NCBI GenBank assembly: GCA_028534125.1
Contig: CM052818.1
Coordinates: 3,970,001 to 4,034,000 of the forward strand
Direction of reading: 5' to 3'
DNA from: Lama glama
Lineage: Eukaryota
Length of the DNA stretch: 64,000 nucleotides
Made by a program: the position numbers and the translations under genes. Numbering within the stretch: the stretch's first letter is position 1; each line of letters starts with the position of its first letter. Below the pieces are notes generated by a model that was not told the origin of the DNA, made no database searches, and was given only the letters and a program-made list of their open reading frames with translations. This document shows positions 28,240 to 40,462 of the stretch, piece after piece.

Positions 28240-29670
28240 ACCTATTTAAGGATGGAAATGGTGATGAAGGGCATTATAGCTAAAGGTGAGGAAGAGCATG
28301 GGTTAGCTCAGGGAACTGCACAGCGCAGTTTTGTTGGAAATTGCTAGTGTGTGTGGTGTGGTAAGAGATGAAGCTAAGGGAAACACTGAGCCTGAGCAAT
28401 AAGGCTCTTGGATACTTTACTAAGGAGTTTATATTGTATACAAAAGGGACTTTGGAAGTGTTTAGAGGTTTAAGGGTTGGGGAAGAGTATGTCAAGATCA
28501 GATTTGTGTTCTAAAAAGATCCATTTGGTACCAGTGTTGAGAACACAGGGCTGGGGGGAAAGGAATTAAAAAGGAGGTAAAGAGACCAATATAGATAATG
28601 TTTCAGTGAACAGGGTGAGAAATTGCCTGAACTTGTCAGGCCTTGGAGTGTGAGTAAGAGGATTACTACCAGATCCTTGGCTTAAGTGGCTGGATTTATG
28701 GTGATGCTGTTCACTAAGGTGAGGAACAGAGAAGACGATTTTAGGGGGAAAACATCTAGTTGATCCCCTGCCTCCACTGAAATTCTCTCTTTCCTTGCCT
28801 CAGCGTTAACAATGCTTTGCTGGTTCTCTTCCGACTGTTCTGGCAACTTCTTCTCAGCTCTGTTCAGTGGAGTTTCTTCTTTGGCCAAGACATTCCTGTT
28901 GGCAATTCCTCTAGGTTGGAGCCTGGCCATCTTCCTCATTAAACTCCACCTCTTCTTGACATTTTTCATCCTGATATTATCTTGATATTATCTCCATGTG
29001 ATTTTTCACCCACATTCATATTTTCAACTACTACCCTTGGGCTAACCACACTGAAGTCTTTATTTTCAGTTCCAGAGTATAAATCCATCTGCCTACTCAA
29101 CGTCTCCACCCAAATGTCCCACGTGTTCGGACTCAACATGTCCACACCAAACTCCTCTTTCCTTCTGAAACTTGCTTCTTGCCCTCACAACTCTTTCCTC
29201 TGCTACTCATTCACCAGTTGCTGTCAAGTCCTATGCTACAAGAGCGCTCAACTTCACTTGTTCTTTTTGTCTCATTCCTACAACATAATTTCATAACCTC
29301 CTGCTGATATGAAAAAAATCCACTCTTTCCAGATTCTTTCCCTGTCACTCTCACTGTCATGCTTATTATATCACCAAGAGTATGTGTTATTTTGCTTTCT
29401 TGTATTCCCCCTTTGTCATCAATGTTTTTGCTTTGCTTTGTCACCTGGCAAAATCCTGCTCACAGTTCAAATTCTGGATCCAAAGTTACCTTCACCATAA
29501 AGTCTCCTAAGCTTCTCTTATCTCAACCAAAATTAATTATTTCATCAACTGTTTTCCTAGCCCTTTGTCTCTTCTACTAAATCGTGAAATCGTTGAGAGC
29601 CGGGGACATGCTGTAGGCATTTTGTAATCGATGACTTTAGCACAGTTTGATAAATGCTAAATTAAACTGA
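28240..29670. mobile_element. Two L2 fragments in opposite orientation (junction ~28760)
   Basis: Minus: gatcagatttgtgtt, ggtgatgctgttcactaagg. Plus: ctgcctactcaacgtctccac..ctcaacatgtcc. Confidence 0.7.
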
Positions 29671-29763
29671 TGTATTCCTTACCCTGGCTAGCCAGTCCTG
29701 CCTAAAATCTAGGGAAATGCCTTTGGTAGAGGACTACATCCTACCTCTTTTTTTAGGGGTAAT

Positions 29764-29985
29764 TACCACCGGTACCACCACAACGACCATCATATAGTCA
29801 CCACCACCACCACCACCACCATCATAATCACCATCATCACCACCACCACCATCACCACTACCATCACCACCATCATCACCACAACCACTACCATCACCAC
29901 CACCACCACCATCACCACCACCACCATCACCACCACCACCATCACCACCACCACCGCCATCATCATCACCATCACCATCGCTATC
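29764..29985. repeat. Imperfect (CAC/CAT)n trinucleotide repeat, about 220 bp
   Basis: Directly visible caccaccaccatcac.. array. It explains the poly-Gly/Asp and poly-Val/Met ORFs. Confidence 0.97.
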
Positions 29986-30529
29986 TATCATCTTGGTCAC
30001 TCACATACCAAATGCTTCATTAAAGGTTTTAACCTAATATTATTTAATCTTTTGGACACTTCCTCAAGACCGAAATTTTAATGCCTGTTTTATTAAGAAG
30101 ACTGAGGTTTGGAGAGGCTAAATAATTTGCTCAGGGTCGTATCTGAAGCCAGAGATGCCCAACTCCAGAGTCGGCTCTCTTAACCCTTCTACTGAGCCTA
30201 GCTCCTTCCCATGAGGCACTGGGGTACACTTCATGCCTGCAGTCTTGACAGAAAGGGACACAGAACTGTCCTAGCAAACACCATGGCTTATATGTGTATG
30301 CACACACGATAGGACCTGGCAACACTGAAGGGCAAAGCCTGGCCTATCTGTGCACAACCTCCATATCACATTGAGCTGCTCCTGCTGCCATCTAAAATAA
30401 GAGCTCTGCTTGGCACCCAATCTCCAATGTCTGCTGCCTCGGCTACATCCTCCCCATAGAGGGAAAAAGCCATCATCATGGGACAGCTTTTCTTGTCTTC
30501 CTGTTCACTCTCACAGTTTCTTCTGGGAG

Positions 30530-30980
30530 GGACAGACCCACATTACAATCACCTGGGAAGCTTTTCCAAAATACACATGTCTGCCCCAGCCCCCGGACAT
30601 TCTGATCTGGCCCCTGGTTGAGAACCACTGGTTTAGCATATTCATTTCCAAGGTCTGCAGTTTCCACTGACCCTCTTATCACCAGAGCCCCCCGAGTTCT
30701 TCCTCCAGACACATGCTCTTCCTGCTCAGATGCCGTCCTCAGAATCAGCATCACTGGATGCCTTCCACTACCCTGCTTTCTTTCAGTTAGGGGTTCTCAA
30801 CCAGGGTGGTACCATCTCACAGGGAGGCATTTAGAAAGAAAGGCAGGGGCATTTATTTATTGGACTAGGAAGGCTAATGGCATTTACAAAAGAAGGATCA
30901 GAAATGCTAAGCATCCTACAGTTCCTCACAGTGAAAAACTGTCCCACTGAAAATGGCAACAGCGCCCCCACTGAGAAGCA
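30530..30980. mobile_element. hAT-Charlie MITE remnants (MER5A-like ~30530-30635; MER20-like ~30785-30980)
   Basis: cattacaatcacctgggaagctt..ggttgagaaccactg; and gggttctcaacc..atgctaagcatcctaca..gcccccactgagaa. Confidence 0.7.
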
Positions 30981-31479
30981 TGTTTGATTAAAACTCACAC
31001 TAAGGACTCAAGGTCTGAATCAGCCTCTGCAGTAGACAGCATCGTCTCGGCCAGGCTGCCGCAAGTGTTCCAGGGGCTGCTCTCCCCTCCCAGCCTTTCA
31101 GATTCCCTCATTCCCACAAACCATGGACAAAGGGAATCTTAGCTTTCAAGTATACTCATGTAATACTTAGTTATCAGGGAAGCATGTCTCAGCCCCATTT
31201 CGACTTCCCATTTAATCTCATTTAATCTGCTGCCTGCTGCACTGAATGCTTGTTTCATCTAAAGAAGGAGAGGAATGGGAGTGGGAGGGAAAGAAAGGGA
31301 GCCCTCACTGTCTCGTGGGTGGATTTGAACTGTCATGTCCGATCATAATTCCAGGTCGGTGAATATATCTAAGACACAGCTCAACGCTCACCCTGTTCCA
31401 GAAGTCTTATCTCTTTAAACTCTCCCGGTGACTACTCCTTTCTTGCTTATTCAGGCAAAAGCCATGTATAATTATAGGC

Positions 31480-31870
31480 TTGTAGAAGAGGCTTTTAATG
31501 CTCACTCACATCTGGCTTTCCTTTCCTTTTAGACACACAGGAGGATGACATTTTTTCACCCTCTTAAGGTGAAGGCACGTGACTAGTTCTGACCAATGGG
31601 CCATGAGTGGAAGAATGTGTGTCAATTCCAGCTGGAGTGTTGCCAGCCAGAGACTCTCCAGCATTTTCTCCCCTTGGAAGCTGGTATTAAGAAGTCTCCA
31701 CCAGCCTGGCTCCCAGAAGGACTACCACGAGCAGAGACCCTGCTGACCCTCACCAGATGTGTAGCAGAGACAGAGATTATGAAGATTTATATCTTAGTTG
31801 TTTTGTGTCACTGAGATTTGGGGGATTGTTTGTTACACAGCATAACCTAAACTACTCTGACTGAGCCAAT
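31480..31870 (+). mobile_element. MaLR LTR (MLT1-type)
   Basis: gtgactagttctgaccaatgg..cactgagatttggggg.ttgtttgttacacagcataaccta..tgactga 3' signature. Confidence 0.8.
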
Positions 31871-34800
31871 GTTCTCCTGTATGTTTACAGTCTTTTCATC
31901 TTTGTAGGTAGATCATGAGTCAGAGAGGCCTGGGTTTGAGGCTGAGTTTCACCACTGATAGTGACTTTGGCTCACTCACCTCCATAAACCTGTTTCCTAG
32001 TGTGTCAAAATGGTGATTGTGACTGTGCCGGCCTTATGTCGTTGTAAAGACTAAAAGGGATCATGCAGACAAAACACTTATACAGTAGCAAGGGCTCAGT
32101 AAATGCTACTTCTTATTTCTTCTCCTTATTGATCTCAAATTGACTCTACCTGCCCCCTGTCCCAAATCCTCACTGAAGCCTTTAACTTTGGCAGTCTTTC
32201 TAATGTCCTTCTGCCTAAAAAAACAAATAGTCTGGGACTGCTTCCTGCTTCTCTTACATCCTCACAGCATCCAGAACAGGACGCTGTTTGCAATAGGCAT
32301 TGTCATCTGTGCTTTCAATGGAGCACATGCTTGTGATTGGAACTGAGAACATATTTTATGCCCAAAGAATGAAAGAATCAGCTCATCCAAATTGAAGAAC
32401 CCTAATGACTATTTTCAGTGCAAACCTGGCATGCCTGGAAAACATGCCAGGAAACATCCAAAAACCCACTTTGTCTTTTGTTGCCGAATAATCACTGGGA
32501 GATTGGAAACCCAGTCTCTTGGCCACACACCAAAACTAGACACACGTTCTAAATTAGCATAAAGCCAATCCTATTTGCATTTATGTGACAGCCAAGTCTC
32601 TCTAAGGGATGCCAGAGTTTGTTACTGGACCACTGGGAGTCCTGCAGTGTTTTGAAGATAATTGCAGGTTATCTTAGGAAGGATGCCTTCCTCCAACACT
32701 CCTGGATTCTATTCTCAGCTTGACACTGAGTTTTACCAGGTCTCCGCAGCTAAGGAAACTAGAGGTAATTACTTGGCTGACCCAGACAGAGACATGAAAC
32801 AAAACAAAATAGTTTTGCCTTGTTTGTTTTTATTTTGAACCATAAGCCAAACCTTCCAATTTGCAGCCAATTCTATCAACTATTACCTGGCCTGATAAGT
32901 CCTCTCCAAATCTGGACCCTAATTGGGGTTCTTCCCAACTGGAGGAACATTTAAAAGCAACCACAGAATCCATCTCAATGCAAAACAAACAAACAAACAA
33001 ACAAAAAAACATGCCTGGCTCTGAAAAACTTTTTTTTTTTGCCTGATGTCTCCTAGAATGATTATTATAGCATTTTTAAGGTACCATCTAATGGACTCTT
33101 TTTCTTATTCGGAGTCAATTTTGCATTTTCATTACTGGAAGCCCACTTCCAAAGCATTTATGAAAACAAGCTACGTCTGTGTGTTTGAACATGTCTACAG
33201 AGTTGAATTTCCCTTTTCCATCAGATTCAATCTGCAGGAATTACTAATTTATTGGATCTTTAAGTGCATCATCATCAGCTGTTCTTAGAGTCCTAGCCAT
33301 CAGTTAACCCTCAGACCTCTGAAGCATCTCTGTGCGATGCAGGGGGCTCTAGTCCCTGAAACTTTCAATCAACTATAGTTGATTGAATAGAAGAGCAGTA
33401 GCTTCTCAATGAAGTAACCTTGAGTACCCTATGCACTGTCATTTCCTGAAACTCTGAGGCAGGGATTTTTAATTCCTGGAATCTACCCAGTTCCTCTAGT
33501 TGTATTGCCATGTGCTTCTCATTATGACCCAACTGGACAGGGCAGTGATGACTGGAAAAAGCTGGACTGGGAGTTAGAAGCAGACACTGTCCCAGCTCCA
33601 TCATGATCTAATCCTAGGTCCTTCAGCAGGTCACTTCACCCAGCGGGTTGACAAAGGTTGAGCAGTTGTCTCATCCATAAATTAGAGACAGTAACCCTTG
33701 CCCTGGCCATCAATGAGATGCTGTAAGTGACATGGCATAAGTGTTGGGAAACTTAAGTTCTGACTCTAAAGATTTCTTTTCTAAATTAGTAGTTGGGATC
33801 CCAGAAGGTGGTGAGGTTCTTGGTCTAATGTTATAGAAATCTGTTTAATGACCATGTCCCTGGAATATAACACATAGGGGTGGTTCTGTAGATCATCACC
33901 ACCATGGATCCTGGGGTAGGACCTGAGTGAGTGGCAAGATGGGGTTTCCTTGCATGGGAAAAAGAGGAGAAAGTTGGTGTTGAATAAAAAGGAAGTCGCA
34001 GAGGGAGGAGTTGGTTCTAATGGGGAAGAAGTCTATGGTGAACCTGCAGAGAGCCTTCACAAATGTAAGGAGGTATGGGGTGACAGGCTGTGGCTTTGGG
34101 ACACCCTATAAATAAACTATTCAGTGCTCACCATCACCCTCCAGCCCACCACCATCTCCTCCACTCCTCCTGCTCCACCCCACCATTCTATTTTTGAAGT
34201 CTGTAAGGCACGCATAAATATGGCCAACAATTCCCAAGACTCATGATAGAGAATCCACTTTTTCCACTGAAGTGCCGAACAGCTCTCTATAAAATAGAGC
34301 AAGATGTGACACATATACCGTGTAATAACAGAAGAGTCCTGCGAGAGAGGAAAGGAATATTCCTGTCTGTGGGTTGGTCAACTGGGTGTATTCATCTTAG
34401 AGGACCCCCTGGAGGACTTAAAGAAGGTTAGCTGCTCCTTGACTGTTTTCAAATTCGACTTTTAAAATCCCTGGTTGAATTCCCAGCAATCTACTTTTCC
34501 TGACGGTAACCATTAAAGCATGTTTAAGTGAACATGAAATTCCATCAGGATAAAGCTCCGTGAAGCCCAGTCCACTGGCCCCATCACCAAAGCCGCTAAT
34601 AAGGCCCTATTGTGTTACTGTGGTAGTCTGGGTTATCATTATGAAGTCTTTGCTTCTGGTTGAGAAAACATGACATTCCATTAAATGTATAATCTGGGTT
34701 TTTTTTTTCCAGGCCAGAGATGCATCCTGCTTAAAGCCGAAATGAGCTGAGATTTAATGTCATGGAGAAGAAGAGAACCATTCGCTGGGGGAAAAAAAGG

Positions 34801-35439
34801 GGGGGAAGGGGAGTCAAGGGGTGGAGAGAAGAATGGTGAATTTCGTGCCTCGGGACCCACTGGTTTCAGCCTGTAGATGGTGTCTTGCCGGCCAGAGGAT
34901 CTTAGAAGCCCAAGGAAAAAATGTGTCAGCATTCTTTCCCTTTGCACTCTGCAGTGGTTGGGTGCTGTTTGGGAGGTTCTTTCTAGGACAGAAGACGGTG
35001 TCTTTAGGGACCACCCAAGGGGCTGTTTGCTATCACTGCTTTTGACCCATCCCCGAGCTCTGGGCTCAACAATCCCATAAATGAGCCCGGACGGAGGTGG
35101 CCTGCTGGAGGTGTGCACGCTTATTATACCACGTTCTAGCAAGTTTCTCATTCAGTACAAAACTATTCCTCTCTTCGAGCAATAGGACAACTAAAGGAAG
35201 TCACAGGAGTAAAGGTAGGTACTTGGAAAGGTCTCCCCACCATTTTTTTTTCCTGGAGCCTTTTTTGGGTTCCCAGTGTGCTGCAGAGAATCCTACGGTG
35301 CATTTACAAACGTACTCTCGGATTAAATATAAAAGCAGCAGCCTCCATAGATGCGGGGTGGGGGGCCTGGAGCTCAGCACGCTGGTGAGAGACCCCCCCT
35401 TACACTTGAAATGAGTTTTTAAAAACTCAAGAGTAACTT

Positions 35440-37110
35440 ATTTTTGCGGACTAGAAGATGTAGAAAAGTTGGAAAATTTAGAAAGTGGAAAAACAATGTA
35501 AGAATCCCACCTTTTAGGCAGAAATACTAGTACCCATAGGGTGAATCAATTCACATACATGCGTGTGCTTAGCAATTTTACAAAAGTAGCATCATAGTGA
35601 ATACTGTTTTGTAATTGCATTTTCACCTAAAAGTATAGTATGAGCATTAGGTGTTTATTCTAAATTATCTTACAAGCATGCATAACATACATACTCAAAA
35701 TTATGCCTACATCATGCCTTACTTACTAAATTCCCTGTTGTTGAGCATTTAGGTAATTTTCAGCTTTATTATTATTAATCGCACTGCCATGAACACACAG
35801 ATGGGCGCTACTTTCTGACTGCCTTGGATTTTTCCTTTGATAAATGTTACGAAATTACTGAAATTATTGTCCTGTCCGTGCTATTCAATACAGTAGGTAC
35901 AGTGGCTATTTAAATGTAAATGATTGAAGCTTCAATAAAATAGAAAGTTCATTTCCTCACTCCCACTAAACACATTTTAATTGTCAAGAGCCACATATGG
36001 CTGGTAGCTGCCATCTTGGACAGCACAGACATGGACCATTTCCATCATTACAGGAAGTTCTACTGGACCACACAAGTCTAGAAAGACCATGGGAACATGT
36101 ACATTCCTATATGACAATACCTCTGTCTCCCGTATGTTGGCCGATACTGAATGTCATACTTCCTTAAAAATCTTTGTCAACTTAATAAAAATTATGTCTC
36201 ATTTGATTTTTCCACTTCTTTGATTATTAGTGAAGTTGAACTTTTTTGTTTGCTTATTGACTTTCATATGTTTTTTGTGAATTATTTATATAGTAGACTT
36301 GTTTTCTACTGGGATGATCTTTCTAAAACTCCTTATCATCTATTAAGGTTACTCTAAGGGGTGAATAAATGTTGCAAAAGTTTTTGTAAGTAGTTATCTC
36401 TTATTTATGGCCTATTTTCAGTTATAGAAGCGTAAGATTTTAATATATGTAAATCTTTTTGTAGTTTTCCATATTGCTTCTACCCTGTTTCAAAAGCTCT
36501 AAATCTAAGATTACAGTAATATTCATCCAAGTTTTCTTCTAGTTCCTTCATCTCATTTTAAACATTTAAATTTTCAGTCCTCTTGGAATTTATTTTGATG
36601 TGGGGGATAAAGTATAAATCTAATTTTTTTTCCTTTTCCCATGTGACTATGCATTTGTCCAAGAATCATTTTTTAAAATAATGAACTCATTCCCCACTGA
36701 TTCGAACTTCCATCAAATGCTTACATGTCCTCGAATCTATGTCTAGAGTTTCTATTCTGTCCATCTATTCTTTGGCCTTTTCCATCTCATTTTTATGAAT
36801 TTGTCTTACAATACATTTTAATATTTGGAGGTATAAGAATTTATTCATTATTCTTTTCCCAAAAATTTTTAGCTCATTTTATCCATTTTTCCCCCAAGTT
36901 CAACCTAGAATCATTTTGTTAAATTCCTTTCACCACCACCAAAATAAATTCTTTCAGAACTGTGACTTTAAAGTTTAATTCAATTTAGAAGTTAATTTGG
37001 AAAGAATTGCTATCTCTACAGTGGAGAGTCATTTCATTCCATTCAGGGATGTGATGATTCTGTCCATTTTTTTTTCAAGTCTTTCTGTATGTCCCTCTGA
37101 ACTGGCTTAA
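35440..37110 (-). mobile_element. Ancient L1ME-like fragment interrupted by a MER3-like hAT MITE (~35878-36075)
   Basis: T-rich L1 antisense motifs (ttgattattagtgaagttgaac, ggaatttattttgatgt, gttaatttggaaagaattg). MER3 motifs gtggctatttaaat..agccacatatggctggtagc..ttggacagcacag..catttccatcatt. Confidence 0.75.
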
Positions 37111-37745
37111 AAATTTTTTATTTTTTTAAGCATAGTGATGGGTATCTCTGTTTTCTGACATGGTCTCCGAATCTGTGAGCTGGTGCTCCCAGCCCCTAGC
37201 AGTAACAAAAGAAATTCCATTTCTTAGCTCTGGAGTATATTTTCAGTATCCACCTTCTCATAAATCTGCAAGAAAAAGATCTCACTTTTCATCCAAAGAA
37301 TCTGGAGTTCAAAACAGCCTTTACGGAAAAAATCAAACTCCAGGGGCAACTGCAAAGCACATTTGGTGTCTAGCTGGCCAGCTTACTTTGCAGGACTCTT
37401 TTTCCAACTCCCAAATACTTTCCAGTCTGTGAAATTCATCTCCCCACCACTGTACCAGCAAGCGCCTGTCCCAGCCGTGGGGAGCTCGCACAGTTTCAGT
37501 AAGCAAGGATCTTTCTGAGGAGCTTTTTATTGTTAAAAGTGGTTTTTAGTAGATGGCATGGAACTTCCTTGAATGCCCCTGGCTTCCCAGATCGAAGGGG
37601 GATTTGGGAAGAGTTTAATGGGTCAGAGTTCAGCTTTCCCTTGAACACAGTCCTGATGCCGAATGCATTTTCGGAAGGAAACCAGGGCTCCTGCACCTCC
37701 CTGGTAGCCCACCAGTCAAATCTCCAAGAGCTCGAATTCGCCTAC

Positions 37746-37996
37746 AGCAGGGTTTCTCCAGCCGAGAGGGAGGAGGGATATAAAACCGCAGGGGACTTTT
37801 GGCACTGTCTGGAGACATTTTTGGTTGTCACCAGGGAGAGACTGGTGGAGGGGTGGGCTATGGAGAGGGGTAGTACCGGCAATAGTGGGCAGAGGCCAGG
37901 GATGCTGCTGAACACCCTACAACGCACAGGGCACCCCCACAACAAAGAATTCCCCAGCCTGAAACTCAGGGGTGCCCAGTTCGAGAAATCCGCCTT
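37746..37996. mobile_element. MER20 hAT-Charlie MITE near ANTXR1 exon 1
   Basis: tttggcactgtctggagacatttttggttgtcac..gaggccagggatgctgctgaacaccctaca..cccccacaacaaagaatt. Confidence 0.9.
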
Positions 37997-38079
37997 ACAG
38001 TTTCACTAACTGCCCAGCTAGACTTCATTATACTATTAGGAGCAAAGGTAAAGCATTATATAGGATCGCATTTTTAAAA

Positions 38080-39480
38080 AAGAGACGATTGGCTTTTAAA
38101 AGCCGCGCGCCTCTTACTTGAGACGTCCCTGAAAAGTTCTGCCTCTCGTAAGTAAGTAAGCTTTTCTCACCAAGGTTTCTAAAGCAAACGGAAAGGGTTC
38201 ACAGAAACGTAGTAGGTCAACAGCATCCTCACACTGCCACCCTCAAACACACGCGCCTCGGTCACAGAAAGCAAGGCAGACAAGAAGCTGTCCCGCGAAC
38301 GAACAGCGACGCCGGCCCTGCGGGCTCGGGCAGCGGAGAAGGATGGGGAGGCGCGCTCGGTCCACAAAGGCGCAGCGCTGGGGCCAACGCCACCTCCCGC
38401 GGCCTCTCTTGGTCCCTGGAGATGCGTGCCTGTCCCAAAGCGACCCTGCCAAGGAGCGCAGCCCAGGGAGAATGCATAATCAGTTTAGCCTAGGGTGGAA
38501 CAACTCGGGGCACTTACTTGTCCAGAATGAAGTACAGGTCAAATCCCCCGTAGCAGGCTGGACCCCCTTCCTCCCTGCGTCCCCCTTGCCCGGCGCAGAT
38601 GAGCACAAAAGTGGCCAAAGAGAGACACTTGAAGCCGATGCCCAGGGCTTTCTGCTCCACGGTGGCCATGACCTGCAGCCCAGGGAGAGGGTAGGGTCCT
38701 CTCCTTCCCACGCTCCTCGAACTCGCCAGGACCCTCAGGGGCGCGCCATCCGAGGGGCCCTCCTCTCCGGCCCTTTATTCCCCCTCGCTCTCCCGAAACT
38801 CCCCGGAAGCAATTGTCTGGGGGAGTTCACGGTTTTCCTTCTGGTTTCCGCTTCGATTCTGCGTCTAGGTTTCAGGTTTCAAGAATCCCAATACTGTACT
38901 CCGCTTTTTTAAAGGGGCTGCTCCTGACTCGGGCCAGCCGGCCGCTCCGGAGGCTGCGCTGAGATTTTTGCAATTGAAGCAGTTCCGTCCTGATGGTTCT
39001 TTGTCCCAGTTTTTAAATATTATGGGGTGGGTTTTCAAATTGTTCTTGGTTGGGGGAGCGCTTTGCCTTTACTCCCTCCTCTCTGTCCCCTTCCTTATTT
39101 TGTGGGGGAAGAAAGTTCAAAGGGTGCCACCTTGTGGCCAAGGACGGCGAAGGCACCCTTCGGCGTTCGCGGGGCAGTGGCTGTGCACGTTTCCTTATTC
39201 CATCCTTTTTCCCACGCACCTTCCCCTTCGTTTTCCATTACTTCTCCCCATTCCTAGTTCTCTCTCGCTAGCTAGCTTTATCATCCCTGTGCTTTCCTTT
39301 CCTGTCCTACGTCCGCTGATTAGGCCACTGTAAACATTTGACGAGAACTTACTCCAAGCACTGTGGCTCCGACCCCAGGCTGGGACCTTTGCAAACAAGC
39401 CATTATGCAAATACGCGGAGAAGAACGGGCACTTTGTGATCTGAATCATTCAAGTGACCTTACTGTACTCAGCGCAGATC
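38080..39480 (-). promoter_or_regulatory. ANTXR1: CpG island / promoter and 5' UTR of ANTXR1
   Basis: Visibly GC- and CpG-dense region around exon 1 in a CpG-poor window. TATA-like TATTTAAA on the minus strand near 39012-39019 and octamer ATGCAAAT at 39405-39412. TSS cannot be fixed from sequence alone. Confidence 0.85.
38518..38669 (-). CDS. ANTXR1: ANTXR1 (TEM8) coding exon 1: signal peptide and start of vWA/I domain
   Basis: Translates [50 protein letters not shown](K), recognisably the ANTXR1 N-terminus. Strong Kozak context (gtcATGG), 152 nt, followed by a GTAAGT donor at 38517. Confidence 0.98.
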
Positions 39481-39934
39481 ATAAAAGAGACTGTTGGGGT
39501 GCGGTCATTGGCTGAAAACCATAAATAGCCCCACAGGGAAAGCTGTTCCTTGCCATGGAATAGCTGAGCCTTCTAGATTGTCTCCATCTCCAGATTTTAG
39601 ATTCTGTGATAAGTTCTTTCCAGCCTATGAACTTTGACTTTTTCCCCTCCAATCTTTGATTTTAGGACAGAGGCAGTAAACAGCTTACAAGAGGGTGAAA
39701 CTTCCAAACAGTTTGGGACTGGCAGGGGAGTCCTGAGCTAGCCTTTCTAAAGTGAGGAATTCTCTTTAGAGCCGGCTCAGCGCCTCAGTTTCAGCTGGAA
39801 CTCAGTTTTAGCTTCTTATGTCTTCCACTCTGGGAGTCCTCCATCCACACTCATACTCCGTTTTCTGGGATTATTTCTCCAGGCACGCATCTTTCCTTCC
39901 ACTTGAGTTTCTGAATTTTGGATCCATAATGCGT

Positions 39935-40462
39935 TGCGCCAGCTGCCTCCAACATGATTTGTAATATTTCTCATTCCCTGGTATTTACACCTCCTCTCCT
40001 GCACTGAATGAGACTTGCAGATGTGTAATTAACAAGATACTGCAGAAATGACAGTGTATGACTTCTGAGGCTAGGTCATAAAAGATATTGTGGTTTCCTT
40101 CTTGCTTTCCTGAATCACTTGCTCTGGGGAGCCCAGTGCCGTGTCATGAGGTCTCAGTGCTTTGGAGGAGTCTAGGTTGTAAGAAACTGAGATCCCCTAC
40201 TGACAGCCAGCATCAATTTGCCAACCATGTGAGTGACCCGTCTTGGAGGCAGATCTTCCAGCTTCAGTCAGACCTTCAGATGACCACAGCCCTGGTTGAT
40301 ATTTGACTGTAACCTTATAAGAGACCCCAAGCCAGAACTACTCAACCAAGCCAATCTCAGAGTCCTGACCCACAGAAATTAGGAGAGAATGAATGTATAT
40401 TTGTGTTTTAAGCCTCTAATTTTAAGGGCAATTTGGTATGCAATAATAGACAACTAATAAAC
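39935..40462 (+). mobile_element. MaLR LTR (MLT1F/G-like) just upstream of the ANTXR1 promoter
   Basis: gacttctgaggctaggtcataaaa..cttgctctgggg..gtcctgacccacagaaat..ttttaagcc.ctaa.ttt..tatgcaataatagacaactaata. Confidence 0.85.

Noticed and set aside
28240..29670. Inverted L2 pair as a dsRNA structure
   Set aside because: The copies are ancient, highly diverged and only partly overlapping; I could not see extended complementarity.
29734..30000. Gly/Asp-rich and Val/Met-rich ORFs
   Set aside because: Translation artefacts of the (CAC/CAT)n repeat; no splice or promoter context.
38670..38711. GTG-initiated N-terminal extension of ANTXR1 (ORF track start 38711)
   Set aside because: The ATG at 38669 has strong Kozak context and matches the known N-terminus; nothing supports GTG use.
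38343..38912. 189-aa + strand ORF over ANTXR1 exon 1
   Set aside because: Antisense to a real exon in a GC-rich island where stop codons are rare; no recognisable domain.
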